A stretch of 64,000 bases of DNA from contig CDMY01000299.1 in NCBI GenBank assembly GCA_001179505.1, positions 1 to 64,000 of the forward strand, given 5' to 3'. The DNA is from Vitrella brassicaformis CCMP3155 (lineage: Eukaryota > Protista > Chromerida). The position numbers were made by a program, and so were the translations under genes. The notes under the pieces are model-generated. The model was not told the origin of the DNA, searched no databases, and worked only from the letters and a program-made list of their open reading frames with translations. Positions 47,701 through 59,300 of the stretch are shown one piece after another. Each line of letters starts with the position of its first letter. The stretch's first letter is position 1.

Positions 47701-48097
47701 CAGCCGCTTCCAGCACTGACACACCACACACCTCACACCTTTCCCGCATGTGTCTGTGGCTGTGTGCAGCTCTTACGATGATCGCCTCCGCACGGCAGTG
47801 GACGAGCAGGCCGTCCGCCGTCTGCAGGCCGACATCAACTCATCCCTGCAGGACGTCGTGGCCGCCCTCGACCACCTGCACACCACCGGCCGTCGGTGCC
47901 AGGCGAGGCTGGTGGACCTGGAGGATCAGAGGAAGTGTGTGGTGTGCACCGAGAGGAGCCCATGTGTCGTGTTCCACCCCTGCAGCCACATGTGCATGTG
48001 TGCGGGCTGCTGGTCGCGGAGCAGACAGAGACACCGCCAGCCGACCTGCCCCATGTGCCGCGCTGATGTCGTGTCGCACACACAGATCAACGCATGA
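44794..48097 (+). CDS. Signal peptide - ankyrin repeats - TM segments - coiled coil - C3HC4 RING (probable membrane E3 ligase)
   Basis: MWRILPVTFLLFAALCC signal; GNSVLHHAV, NALHMAL and SLHWA ankyrin motifs; hydrophobic segments at 46290-46520; CVVC..PCSHMCMCAGC..CPMCR RING. Confidence 0.85.
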
Positions 48098-48591
48098 AAG
48101 GCCGGCCGGCAGAGAGACCGACAGACAGACAGACACCTGTGTCCATCCATCCGTCCATCGGTTCTGTGCTGTACAGTTTGTGTTTTGGGATGCTCCATGG
48201 ATGGATGGATGGATGGATGGATTGTTCGGCGACGTTCATTCAGCCCACGCGGGACGTAACGCCTCTGTGATCGATGCATGTGTGTTGAATCCGACATCCA
48301 TGCACCGCACCATGAAAGGTCTCAGTCGTTCAGCCCATGGTGCACATGAAGCCCGCCCCCGCCCCTCGCGCATCCGTGTGTTTCGCTCACACACCCACAC
48401 CCACACAGACAAAGAGTCAGGTTGTTCCCGACCCTCCCCCTGAGATCTCCCATCTGTGTGCAGCCTCATCTCGCCCACCAGACGCACACCACTCGACACA
48501 CGCTGTCTGTCTCTATCTTACTCAATGGCCAGCAGAGAGCGTGAGCAGCCAGTGTGGCAGCCCATGGTGAACTGGTCCGCCACCAGCCCTC

Positions 48592-48957
48592 TTATTGGCC
48601 GCTCCTGTGGGCGGCGTCGTCTCGCTGTCCCTCCCTCCACAGGTCCTTCCAGAACCCGTGGACGAAGACGTGTGTCTCGTTCAAGCTATAGGGGGCCTCG
48701 GCAAAGCCGCTGGGCGTGTGTTGCATGTGGCCCTTGATGCTCTGCGTGTGCTTCTCGAGGTTCTCAATCAGTGTACACACACGTTTGACGGCCGCGGCGC
48801 CCTTCAAACTAGGCGTACAACAGAGAGAAGCGTGTGGAAGTCTGCGGTGCATGTGTGTGCAGGCAGGTGTGTCTGACGCACTTGATGATGACGCTCTTGG
48901 TATGCGCCAGGAAATTCACGCTGAGCTTCAACGTGGGCCTCAACTTGACAATACGCC

Positions 48958-48993
<36 letters not shown>

Positions 48994-49592
48994 CACACAC
49001 ACACAAAGACATGCCTGGTTGTCGGGCACCCTTCCCCATGTCTATGTCTATGGCCGCTTACTGGTGTAGCTGCTCCTTCTCGGCCTGAGTGGCCAGCACG
49101 AACGTGCGACGGCCGTGCACCTCTGTCCAGAGTGCCTGCCGGAATTCCACGACGGCCTGCCTGGTCTCGTCAGTGGTGGAGAGTTCATCGGCAGAGCTGG
49201 CAGGGGTCTCTCTGATGCTCCGCACGTGGTCCTCGAGCTTCTCAATCAGGTCGCTCACACGCGTGACGCCTACGACGGTACGCAAACTGATGGGTGGACA
49301 ACACCACACACACCCAACACACATGGATGGATGGTGTTTTGCAATGGGTGGGTGGTTGAGCAGCCATGTGGCGTACTGTACCCCATGATGAAGGCCTTGG
49401 TCTGCTCCATGAAGCTGTCGTCCACTCTCAAGGTGCTCTTCATGTCGATGATACGCCTGCACGGGCCACAGCCATTCAGCTGGTGGTTCGAATCGGCCAT
49501 CTGCATTCCCCTCTCCATTCCCGTCCTTACTTGTACAGCTGCTCCTTGTCGGCCGGGGCGGCCGGTAAGGGCGCAGCCTCCTGTGCCTGCAT
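48592..49592 (-). CDS. Protein with two tandem copies of the same ~100-aa helical domain
   Basis: ADKEQLY..RIIDMKSTL..FRQALWTE, then AEKEQLHQRIVKLRPTL..FWKDLWREGQRDDAAHRSGQ*. Its 3' end has DNA similarity to 44221-44290. Confidence 0.72.
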
Positions 49593-49703
49593 CCTGAACG
49601 GACAAAAGCAATTGGACAAAAGAAAGAGAACCAGCCGTGCTGACCTTGACGGGCGAGAAAGGCCGCCCGTCCCCCTTCTCGCGCCTGCTGCGAGCAAAAT
49701 TGT

Positions 49704-49711
49704 TGCGAGCT
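49704..49711 (+). promoter_or_regulatory. TGCGAGCT candidate promoter element
   Basis: 38 nt before ATG 49750; near-copy tgcgagca at 49689. Confidence 0.6.
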
Positions 49712-49749
49712 CACGTTGCCAAAGAGTTGTTGGGTAAAGGAGGGCTGCA

Positions 49750-52700
49750 ATGGCGGAGGAGAGGGAGGCAGACACGGCATCGACAGGCCCGACCGATGCA
49801 TCGCTAGATCTCGATAAGTGGCTCAAGACGCTCGGCGTCAAGGAGCTCACCTACCAGAAGACCATAGAGGCCCATGAGGAGGAGAGAAGGACCTCGGGGA
49901 AGGAGCCTGTGCACAACGTAGAGGTGAGAATTGCCATTCCGCTGCAACTGAATGGCGGATGTCTTGTCTGCCTTTTTGCCGTCGCTTTTTGCAGTTGATT
50001 GCGGAGGACGTCAAGCGCACTCGGCAGCACTATGCCCTCTTCCAAGCACAGGAGACCAAAGTAGGAGTCGGCCGCGACCTGACTGACGTGTCCATGGCAA
50101 ACGACCAGCTGATGCTCGTGGCCGTGTTTGTGTTCGTGTGTGTGGCAGGATGAGCTGCAGGCGGTGTTGGCCCACTACTGTGCGCTGCGGCGGAAGGACA
50201 TACACTACTACAAGCAGGGTACACACCACCCCTCCAGCACACACGCGCCGGGGAGCCTGCCTTTTGTGTGTGTTGTGTTTTGTTGTGTTGGCCGTGCAGG
50301 TCTGCACGAGGTGTGTGCGCCTTTCCTGTTCCTGGCTCCCCGGCCCAGCCGCCCGCAGCTGCTGGGGTGCCTTGACATGATCATCCGCAATATGGGCGCC
50401 AGGATCTTCCACGAGGCCGAGATGAGCCTATCGTCAAGAGGGCCCGTGCTGCCTCTCCAACTCATGTGTCAAGTCACCAGGTACTGTATAGGTGGACGGA
50501 GGGAGGGAGGGGAGGAGAGGTCTTTGTCATGGTTGTGTGGTGTGGTGTGTGTGTGGGCAGGCTGTTGCTTCAGTTTCACGATCCCGAGTTGAGCAAGGCG
50601 CTGGACAACCAGGAGATCATGCCGGACCTCTACCTAGTCAAGTGAGCCACACACTCACACGGCAGCCAGCCACCCAGCCAGCCACCCACCTGGCCGGCCG
50701 CTCACGGACGGACCGACCTCCTGTGTTGTCTGTGTTGTCTGTGTTGTCTGTGTTGTGTGTGTTGTGTGCAGGTGGTATACATCCTTGTACACATCATGCT
50801 TCCGTGACGTGCATCTGCTGCTCGCACTCTGGCGGGAGTGCCTCAAGCACCAAGTATGCCACCATAACAGACCGAAAACAACACACACACGTCCTCCCAT
50901 GTCTGTCTGTCTGTCTGTCTGTGTGGTTCCGTGTCAGCCGTCGTACACGATGGTCTACTTCATCGCATTGGGGTGGCTGACGATGCACCGGGAGCGGCTG
51001 CTGAGCCACCGGGGCAGCAGCGACAACCTCCACCACTTCCTCCTCAGGAGCTTCGACGCCGACTGTAGCCCACCCGCGGCACACGAGGAGGGCGGCAACG
51101 GACACGACGCGCAGACCAACGGACACGGTGACTGACGCAAGAAAAAAACGGCGCACTCGGTTGGATGGTTATGCATATCTGTCGTGTGTGTGTGCATCAG
51201 AGTACCGTCCCTTCCCTTTGACTGCGCTTGTGAAGGAGGCCCTCAAGCTACGCGACGCCACGCCACTGACTTTTCTGACACTCCTGAGGGACGTGTCAGG
51301 ACGGTGCGCGCACACACACTCACACACACACGAGAGAGAGAGAATCGCACACACGTCGCTAGTTCTTTTCTTTTCTCCCATTCCCTCAGGCCCGATTTGC
51401 TGTCAATTAGCAAGCCGTCTTCCCCGGCATCCCCCGACCCCCATCCGGCCTTCCCCGTCCCCTCCCCCAGCAGCTCCGCCAGATCGGACACCACTCGGTC
51501 CGACGACCTGACCACCAGCAGCAACAGCAGCAAGACCAACCCATGGGCGCTCCTCAACTCATTCAACCCATTCAAGAACGCCCTCGACATGGCCAACGGC
51601 ACAGAGGGGATGCCGCGAGTGCTCATCGAGGAGTCGCCTCTGTTCTGTCTGCACATTGAGGCGCAGGACATCATGGCGAGCGTGGAGCCGTGCAGTAGTA
51701 GAAAGGGCGGCGAGGGTGGTGGGGGTGGTGCTGGTGGCGGTGGGGGTGGCGGTGGGGGTGCCCTATTCGGCGGCAAGAAGGGCGGCGGGGCCGCCAAGAA
51801 GGCCGCAGCAGGCGGCGGCGGCGGTGCTGGTGCGGGCGGGGAAGCAGACGAGGCCGACGGCGGACTGAGGTGGAAGACGGCGATAGTGGACACGCGGCCG
51901 CAGAGTGTGCGGCGGATGGATGGCAAGATCCGGAAATGGCCCGCAAACATGATAGTGTACGTCGTCGACCCAGATAACAGACACGTGAGTATCGGCCAGC
52001 ACAACCCCCACTCCATTGCCGTCTGGTCATTCTTTCCTCTCTCTCTCTCTGTCTGTCTATCTGTCTGTGTGCCTCATCAAGCAGTCCGTGAGTCAGCTGA
52101 TCGCGGTCTGCCTGGGTCAGCAGCGCGCGCTCGGTCCCACCGACCGCCCCCTTTTCGTGATAGCCAACCAGGACGGCAGAGTCATCGACGAGTCCCACAC
52201 AGACACAGACAACCATGACACCTCCACGCCCCTCTCATCACCCTCTCCACCACACGAGCACCCCGGACCCACACAGAGAGAGAGGGAGGGTGGCAGCCCA
52301 CAGCCGCCGCACGGCAGAGGCCAGCAGCGTCGTGCGAAGCGGAGGCAGCTGCATGTGGCCAACCCTCTGATGGCGCTGGACATGTCCAAGGAGCCGTTGA
52401 AGCGTCTGGTGGCCATGATGGTCATACACGGGGTCAAAGGTGAGTGAGACCACGACAGAGGAGAGGCTCGGTCGATACAGAGCGACCCATGTACCCGTGT
52501 GTATGCCTGGCTGGCTGATCCTTCCTGTCTTCAGGCGTAGCATTGCTCAAGGGCGGCAAGGCGGCATTCGACAAGCTGCTGATCGACTGCCGCTTCCGCC
52601 CACCTCCACCTCCACAGCCACCGGTGCCGCCACCAGTGCCGCCACCGAGGTCCACCATGCCAATCGCACCGCCACGAGGGCCCATGCCGCTTCCCGCACA

Positions 52701-54812
52701 CCAGATGGTCCAGCACATGACCCGCAACGAGGCGACGCGCAAGGGCGGCGCGGGCTTGATGGAGCCTGCGCCCATTGTGCCCCCTCTGGCAGCTGCTAGG
52801 AGGGAGGGCAGCCCGGCGTCGTGGCTGGTGGAGAACATGCAGAGGGGCGTCCAGAGCTTCGCTTGGAGTGGGTGCAAAAGGCACAGAGAGAGAGGGAGAG
52901 AGGCCTTGTGAAGCTAGCTGTGTGTGCTGATGCCTTCTGTAGCTAACTGTGTGTGTTGGCTGTCGTGTGTTCAGATGAGACCTTCAAGCGGAGGCCCCTG
53001 GACCTTGCCAACCTCCCGAAGCCGCCTCTCGACCCCACCCAGGCATCCACACCCACCACCACTGCCCCTCCACCGCATGTCGCCGGCGCCCCCGCTTCAC
53101 CCTCGCCGCCACTCGTGAACGGGTCTCTCGTCTTCACACCCAACGGCTTCGTCGACATCCGCCACTCTGCGGACGGATCGCCATCCTCACGGCCATCCCA
53201 CCACGACTCGCCCGTGTCGTCACCATCATCTGGTCGGTCCGGCCATCAGCAACATCAGCAGCAACAGCAGCAGCAGTACCAACACCACCACCACCACCAC
53301 CAGCATCAGCAGCAGCAGCAGGGGTCGCCACAGATGATGCCGGGGCAGGGAGGTCCTGGAGCCGCAGACACCCTCAGGGTGCCCGTCCGGGCGTATGGAC
53401 AGCAGCCATTCGGGCACTCGGCTTCCCCGCCACTCGTACATCGCCATCACTATCCGCCCCCTAGACCGGTCCACGCGGCTGCAGATGTCCGCTCGTTCGG
53501 ATCGCCTCTCTCAGCGCCCTCCAGCTTCGCGGAAGCTCCAGGCGACAATCGCGTGCATTTGCGTGTGCCGAGAGGGGTGCAGGGCGGTGGAGCGGTGAAC
53601 GGGTGGCTGGGCCAGGCTGAGGGTCTCGGGCTGAGTCCCCGGAAGGTGCGGACGGGCGGGGGCGAGGTGCGGCTGGACCCACTCCTCCAGGCCGGCGGAC
53701 TCAGTCCTCGCAAGGTAGAGAGAGTGAAGACATAATGCACTCACGAGGACACGAATGCACTCGCAACCTGCCATCTGTCTCCATCTGTCTGTCTATTTTG
53801 CTCATCAGGCCAAGCCCCTGGCCCGCCCTCCCGTGTTGATGCAGTTCCCCATCCCTCCCCCCCAGCCCCCATCGACCTACTGCCCCACAGCCGGCTCACC
53901 CACACACCGACCGCTGCACTTGACGCGGCCCGTGCCGGTGCGTCAGGGGGCCCCCTTTGCTGCGGCGGCCTTCAGGCCTCTGCCCAACAGCGGATGGGAC
54001 GCCATGCGGCCCCAGGAGCCGCGCTATCGCGAGGTGCGTGAGTTGCCCCCGCCACTGCCCCCGCCACCCATGAATATCCACGCGAGGAGGCAGGAGGTGA
54101 GAGAGAGAAGGGCGGGACGGAGGGAGGGAGGCGTGGATGGCGGCGTGTGCAACTGCTTGGGTGAGTGTGTGTGTGTATCAGGTTGTGTATGAGAATTCGC
54201 CGCGACCCGCGCCGGTTGCCGCTTCTGCTGCCTTTGCTGGTGTTGCTGGTGTTGCTGCTGGTGCGGTGGCACCACAGCGGGCGAATGGGGCGAGCAAGGA
54301 GGATGACATTTTCTACCGACCTGCCAACGGAACAGCGGATCATGAACAGCAGCACCACAACCACCACCAGGACCACCACCACCAGAACCACCAGCAGCTG
54401 CAGCAAGAGGACGAAGCACCAGAGATCGCCAGGTCAGAACAGGCAAATCAAACGGTGAACAACAGCCTTCGACCATCCTCCGTCTGTCTGTGTATCCCTT
54501 GCACACAGGGAGCCTTTACCCGTACCTGGCGAGGAGTCCATCGCCACCGAGGCACCGCAGCCGCACCCACCGGCCTTCACGGACCCGCCTAATCCACAGC
54601 ACCCATCACGCGTGGCTGTCGACGAGCCATCCAGTGGCGAACAGGCAGCCAGCTGCAACGGCCATCAGGATGACGCTGAGGACGCTGCCGCTGCTGGTGG
54701 TGTTGACGGTGTCGCAGAGGAGGATGGAGGTGAAGATGAGTACTACGAGTACGATGACGACCTGGTGCTGCCCGATAGCCCGACGGGGAACCCGTTCGCC
54801 GCTGACGAGTGA
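49750..54812 (+). CDS. TBC (Rab-GAP) + rhodanese-like protein with a long Pro/Gln/His-rich tail ending ..GNPFAADE*
   Basis: IAEDVKRTRQ (Arg finger), YKQGLHEVCAPFLFL (Gln finger), FHDPELSKALD..PDLYLVKW; FCLHI..AIVDTRP..LLKGGKAAF rhodanese-like. Confidence 0.85.
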
Positions 54813-55444
54813 CGTGATAGACGGATGGATGGATGGCAGTATGGGTGCATGTGGGTGCAATTGGTTGAATGATAGTGTGGCGGGAGGAGGAGGTGGGAGG
54901 AGTTGGATTGTTGTCAAGCAAACAGCAAATTCGTGGTTACTTTGTGAATAGAATGGATGGATGGCCTGTCTGCCTGCCTGTCTGTCTGTCTGTCTTGCCT
55001 GTATCGGTGGCCCCTGGCGGACATATATGGATGAATGCCTCTCTGTCTACATTTAAACATACACACACATGTGCACCTGCGTATTCCCCCGGCTGTCCCA
55101 CACACTCACCCCCACACATTCAACCCAGCATACACATCCTACCAAGCAGCTCTGGGAGGGCCAGCCAGCGTCTATACCGGCGGCCAAATGGGATGTCCTC
55201 TCTGAGAGGCTGCCCGCCGCCGCTGTCCCACGCGCACACACGTACCGGAATCATTCATTATAGAAGACACTAACAACTACTGCACAGCCATTTCTTCTCT
55301 TTTCAATAAGTAGCGGCGGCCGTAAGAATGGCCCTCTCTTTCAGGCAGCCCGCCAGCATTTTTCTCCTCAGTAACTCCTTCCTGTGCTCATCGATCTAAC
55401 AGCTACCAGACAGAATATATATATATATATATATATCTCTGCTC

Positions 55445-55922
55445 TTAGTAGAGGCCTCTGCGGGTGTCCTGGATCACCTGCTCTGCCATGAGGTCCAATG
55501 TGACCCATCGCTCCATCGCCTTCATGTCCGGCTTGAACCCCTGCGAACCCCACACACAGACAATTGCCCAAAGTGAGAAGGGCTGAGAAACGGGGCTCGT
55601 TCCTGTTTGTTTGTGTACCACGAAGGCCTTGAGCTCTGCCGGCGGGGTCTTCGGGGTGCCGGGGGCGTCAGTGAATGAGAGCTGCGCCTCGTATAAGGGC
55701 CTCATCTTCGAGCGGTAGTACGCATCCTGACAGAACTCCTGGTCACTGAGGAAAGGAGAAAACCATGGACAGATATGGCGCATGCGCATGCCTTGCTTAC
55801 TTGTCGAGCGCCCACTGGAAGGTCTTGCCCTTGCGCGGACCGTCGGTGAAGACGGTGTCCTTGGCATCATCCTTGGCAGGATCTGATGGAGCCGAGGAAC
55901 TGGACGCCGACCCTCCCTTCAT
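55445..55922 (-). CDS. Small hypothetical protein (3 exons) with a KGKTF..W..D..FC motif
   Basis: MKGGSASS..TVFTDGPRKGKTFQWALDN|DQEFCQDAYY..ELKAFV|GFKPDMK..RRGLY*, with phase-compatible introns. Confidence 0.5.
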
Positions 55923-56120
55923 ACAACAGCGGCTGCGGTCTACGTTCCTCCAATACCGTGCAGTCGAGGCCTCTCTCCTCCAGGCAAGCTGCAGATCTCG
56001 TAATCAGCAAATGGTGGTGGCCCTCCACCACTGCAAAGATAATGCAGTACGAACACAGAGGAAGAGTATGATGTGCACGACCATCAACGGGCGGCCGCAA
56101 ATGAGAAAGATCCCGCCACG

Positions 56121-56128
56121 TGCGAGCT
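56121..56128 (+). promoter_or_regulatory. TGCGAGCT candidate promoter element
   Basis: In the divergent spacer between ATGs at 55922 and 56399. Confidence 0.5.
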
Positions 56129-56398
56129 TGGCCAACATGAAGCGAGCTTTCTGGGTTGGCACAAACGACGCAGCCGAGGCAGATCCCGCCTACTGCCGCA
56201 GCAGATCTACCTCTGCACCCCCTCTGGTCGCCGCACCCACCCATCTGACGAACGAAGCGACGACGCACACAATAGCTGCCATCTGTCGTCGGTCTAGGTG
56301 CCTCGCCTGACCGGACGCACAGCACGCGACCTCCCGGCTGCAGCCGACCGACACATCCCTCTCCCTCTCGCCAGCCGAGATCAGCCAGATCCGCCAAT

Positions 56399-59300
56399 AT
56401 GCAGCTGAGCATCAAGACGGAAACGCTGCTGTGCGTCGCGGCGGTGCTGCTGGCGGCCTCATGCATGCTGCTGGGCACCATGGCGGGCGACTCGCTGTGG
56501 ATGTACGCCCTGGAGGCGGCGGGCGCCCTGGGCATCCTGGTCTTCTGGCACGTGTCTCCGTCGCTCATCGCGTGGGTGGCCCGATGGTGGTCCAAGGCGT
56601 CATTCCCCCTGTCCATCCACCCGTCCAAGGACGCCCACCACCCCGGCAGCGGCAAGACCGTCGAGAGCGATGGCGACTCCACTCTCTCGAACGCCTCTGT
56701 TGACGAAACGCCCCGTAGCGAGCGTGTGGTGCCCCTCGTCGACTCACCCGCGCTCATCGAGACATCCCCCGGTGCCAGCCACGGACAGAACCAAAGCCAG
56801 CCCGCCGGTGCTCCCCGTGACAGGGGCGAGGTGGCTCGGGAGATGGCGCAGACGATCGTGCACCTGTGCAAGACGCGCAACGGGCGTGCCTATGGCGTGT
56901 ATCGGCGGTTTGTGAGTGAGGGGTATGACGCCGATGTGGGGTACGACGAGGGCATGTATGTGAGTCTGGTGGCGTTTGCGGCTCACGGAGGCCACAAGGA
57001 CTTCCACGAGGAGGTCATACAGACCATGAAGGTCAGTCCGCCTGTGTGTGGGGGGAGAGGAACACGTGTGGGGTGTGTGTGTGTGGTGGGTCGATCTCCA
57101 TCTTTATGTGTGTGATGGTGTGTTGTGTGTTGTGTGTGGTGTGTGGTGTGGTTAGGCGCACGGTGTGTCGTGTCCGTTTGGGTTCTTCCAAGCGTTGATG
57201 AAGATCTTCTCGTCCAAGCAGATGTACGACAAGGCGCTCGGCCTCTACGACCTCATGAAGCAGCAGAACGTCGAACCCGACGCACCCATGCTCAGGTACG
57301 CAACATCCCACCCCTCTCTCGTGTGTGCGGACGCCATTCCACCCCTTTGTGTGTGTGGTGTGTGGTTTGTGTGTGTGGATGTTATGTGTGTCAGGTGTTT
57401 GATCAACTTTGCGTTCGAGTGCAACGACCCGGTCAAGGTGGAGGTGTTCTTCGCCGCCCTCAAGAAGCACGAGCTCCCCTCCATGAAGTCCTACACCACA
57501 CTCATACGCGCATACTCCAAGAAAAACGACGCATGGGTCAGTCGGTACACACCACCCCACCACCCCACCACACACCCCAACACAAATCCGTTGTTGTGCT
57601 TTGTGCTGTGTGTGTGGTGTGATCGTCACACATCAGGCCGCGTTGAAGGTGTTGCGTGAGATGCTGGATTGCGGCGTGGAGACCGACAGCCTCGTCCTCA
57701 ACAGTGTCCTCAGCACGTGTGTCGGCGCCGGCCAGCTGCAGATCGCCGAAACACTCGTCAACGAATCCGTCCAGGTGCGCACGCCCTCCTAACACACACA
57801 CGGACGGATGCACACCTCTGTGTGTGTGTGTTGGTGGATGGATGGATGTCTGTAGATGTGTGAGGAGGGTCAGACCCTGTTGGCGGACATCGTGAGCTTC
57901 AACATCCTCAGCAAGGGGTACGCGCAGAAGGGCGACTTCGACGGCGCACTCAAGACACTCCGCGCATCCGAACGCGCCGGTCAGCAACCGCCCCGCCCCC
58001 TCCCCCCTCCCACCCAGACACACCGAACCGGCGCGCGCCAAATACGCATTTCTTCTGTGTTGGCCACCTTCCTCCTTTGTCACCTTCCTCCTTTGTCAGG
58101 TCTGCAGCCCAACGACATTTCCTACAACACGGTGATCGACGCTGCGGTGCGTTCGAAGCGTCTGGACGAGGCGTGGGGTCTGGTGCTGGAGATGGGGGAG
58201 AAGGGCATCGAGGCGGACAAGTACACCTGCTCCATCCTCATCAAGGGGCTGCACAACATCGGCCAGGGACCGGCGCGGGAGGCCCACCTCAACACCGCAC
58301 TCGAGTACCTCAAACGGCTGGGCGTGAGCGAGTCGTCGAGACTGCATGAGGTGAGCATGAGGTGGAATGGGTAGATCTTCCCCCCTCCCTCCCCGCCTGT
58401 GGATGCCTGGTGGGGTGTGGCGTGTTGTTTAGGTCGTGTCATTCTGTTTGATGGAGTCTTGTCTGCACATGAAGGACCTCTCGCGCACACTCGAAGTCTT
58501 CCGACACATACAGCAACAAAAAGTACGGTCACACCAACGCACACACACACATTCTCTCTCCAGCAATCACATGTGTGTGTGTGTGTGTGTGTGTGTATGC
58601 AGGTGAAGGTGTCAGTGGTGACGTACGGCAACGTGATGAAGGCGCTGGGCCAGGCGGGGCGGCTGCGCGAGTGCTTCGAGCTCTGGGAGGGGCTCAAGCA
58701 CACCGACCTGGAGCCCACGGCCATCCTCTACGGCATCCTACTCGACGCCTGCATCAACAACGGAGACCTCCCCAGAGCCATGCAGGTACTGCTACTTCCG
58801 CACACCCCTCCGCCCATCCATCCATATCCATCTGTGGGTGCAATCAGGTGTTTGAAGAGGCCAAGAGCAGCGACGCGGTCAACACGGTCATGTACACCAC
58901 CATCCTCAAGGGATTCGCCCGCACCAAGCAGGTGGACGAGGCCATGCGCTTCTACCACCAGATGCTCACCGACGCCAAACAGGGCAAGGACGTCGCGCCC
59001 GACCTCATCGCCTTCTCGGTCCTCATCCAGGCTCACGTAGAAGGTCCGTGTGTGTGTGTGTGTGTGAGGTGGTGGGTGGGTGCAGACAGAGGGTGCATAT
59101 CTGTTGGCTGGCTGGGGGCATGTTGTGCGTGTCAGCTGGCGACATGAGTGGAGCGTTCAAGGTAGTGGAGGACATGAAGGGCCACCACTTCAAGCCCGAC
59201 GACATCGTATTCAACACGCTCCTCAACGGGTGCTTCAAACAGGTAGGTGCGTCGGTGGGCCCAGCCCCCCTCCCTCACACACACACACACAAGGTGCATT

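Noticed and set aside
44222-49592. HPt (histidine phosphotransfer) domain call for the helical repeats, prompted by LKGAAAV..LE
   Set aside because: There is no conserved His before LKG, and the other two copies lack the motif.
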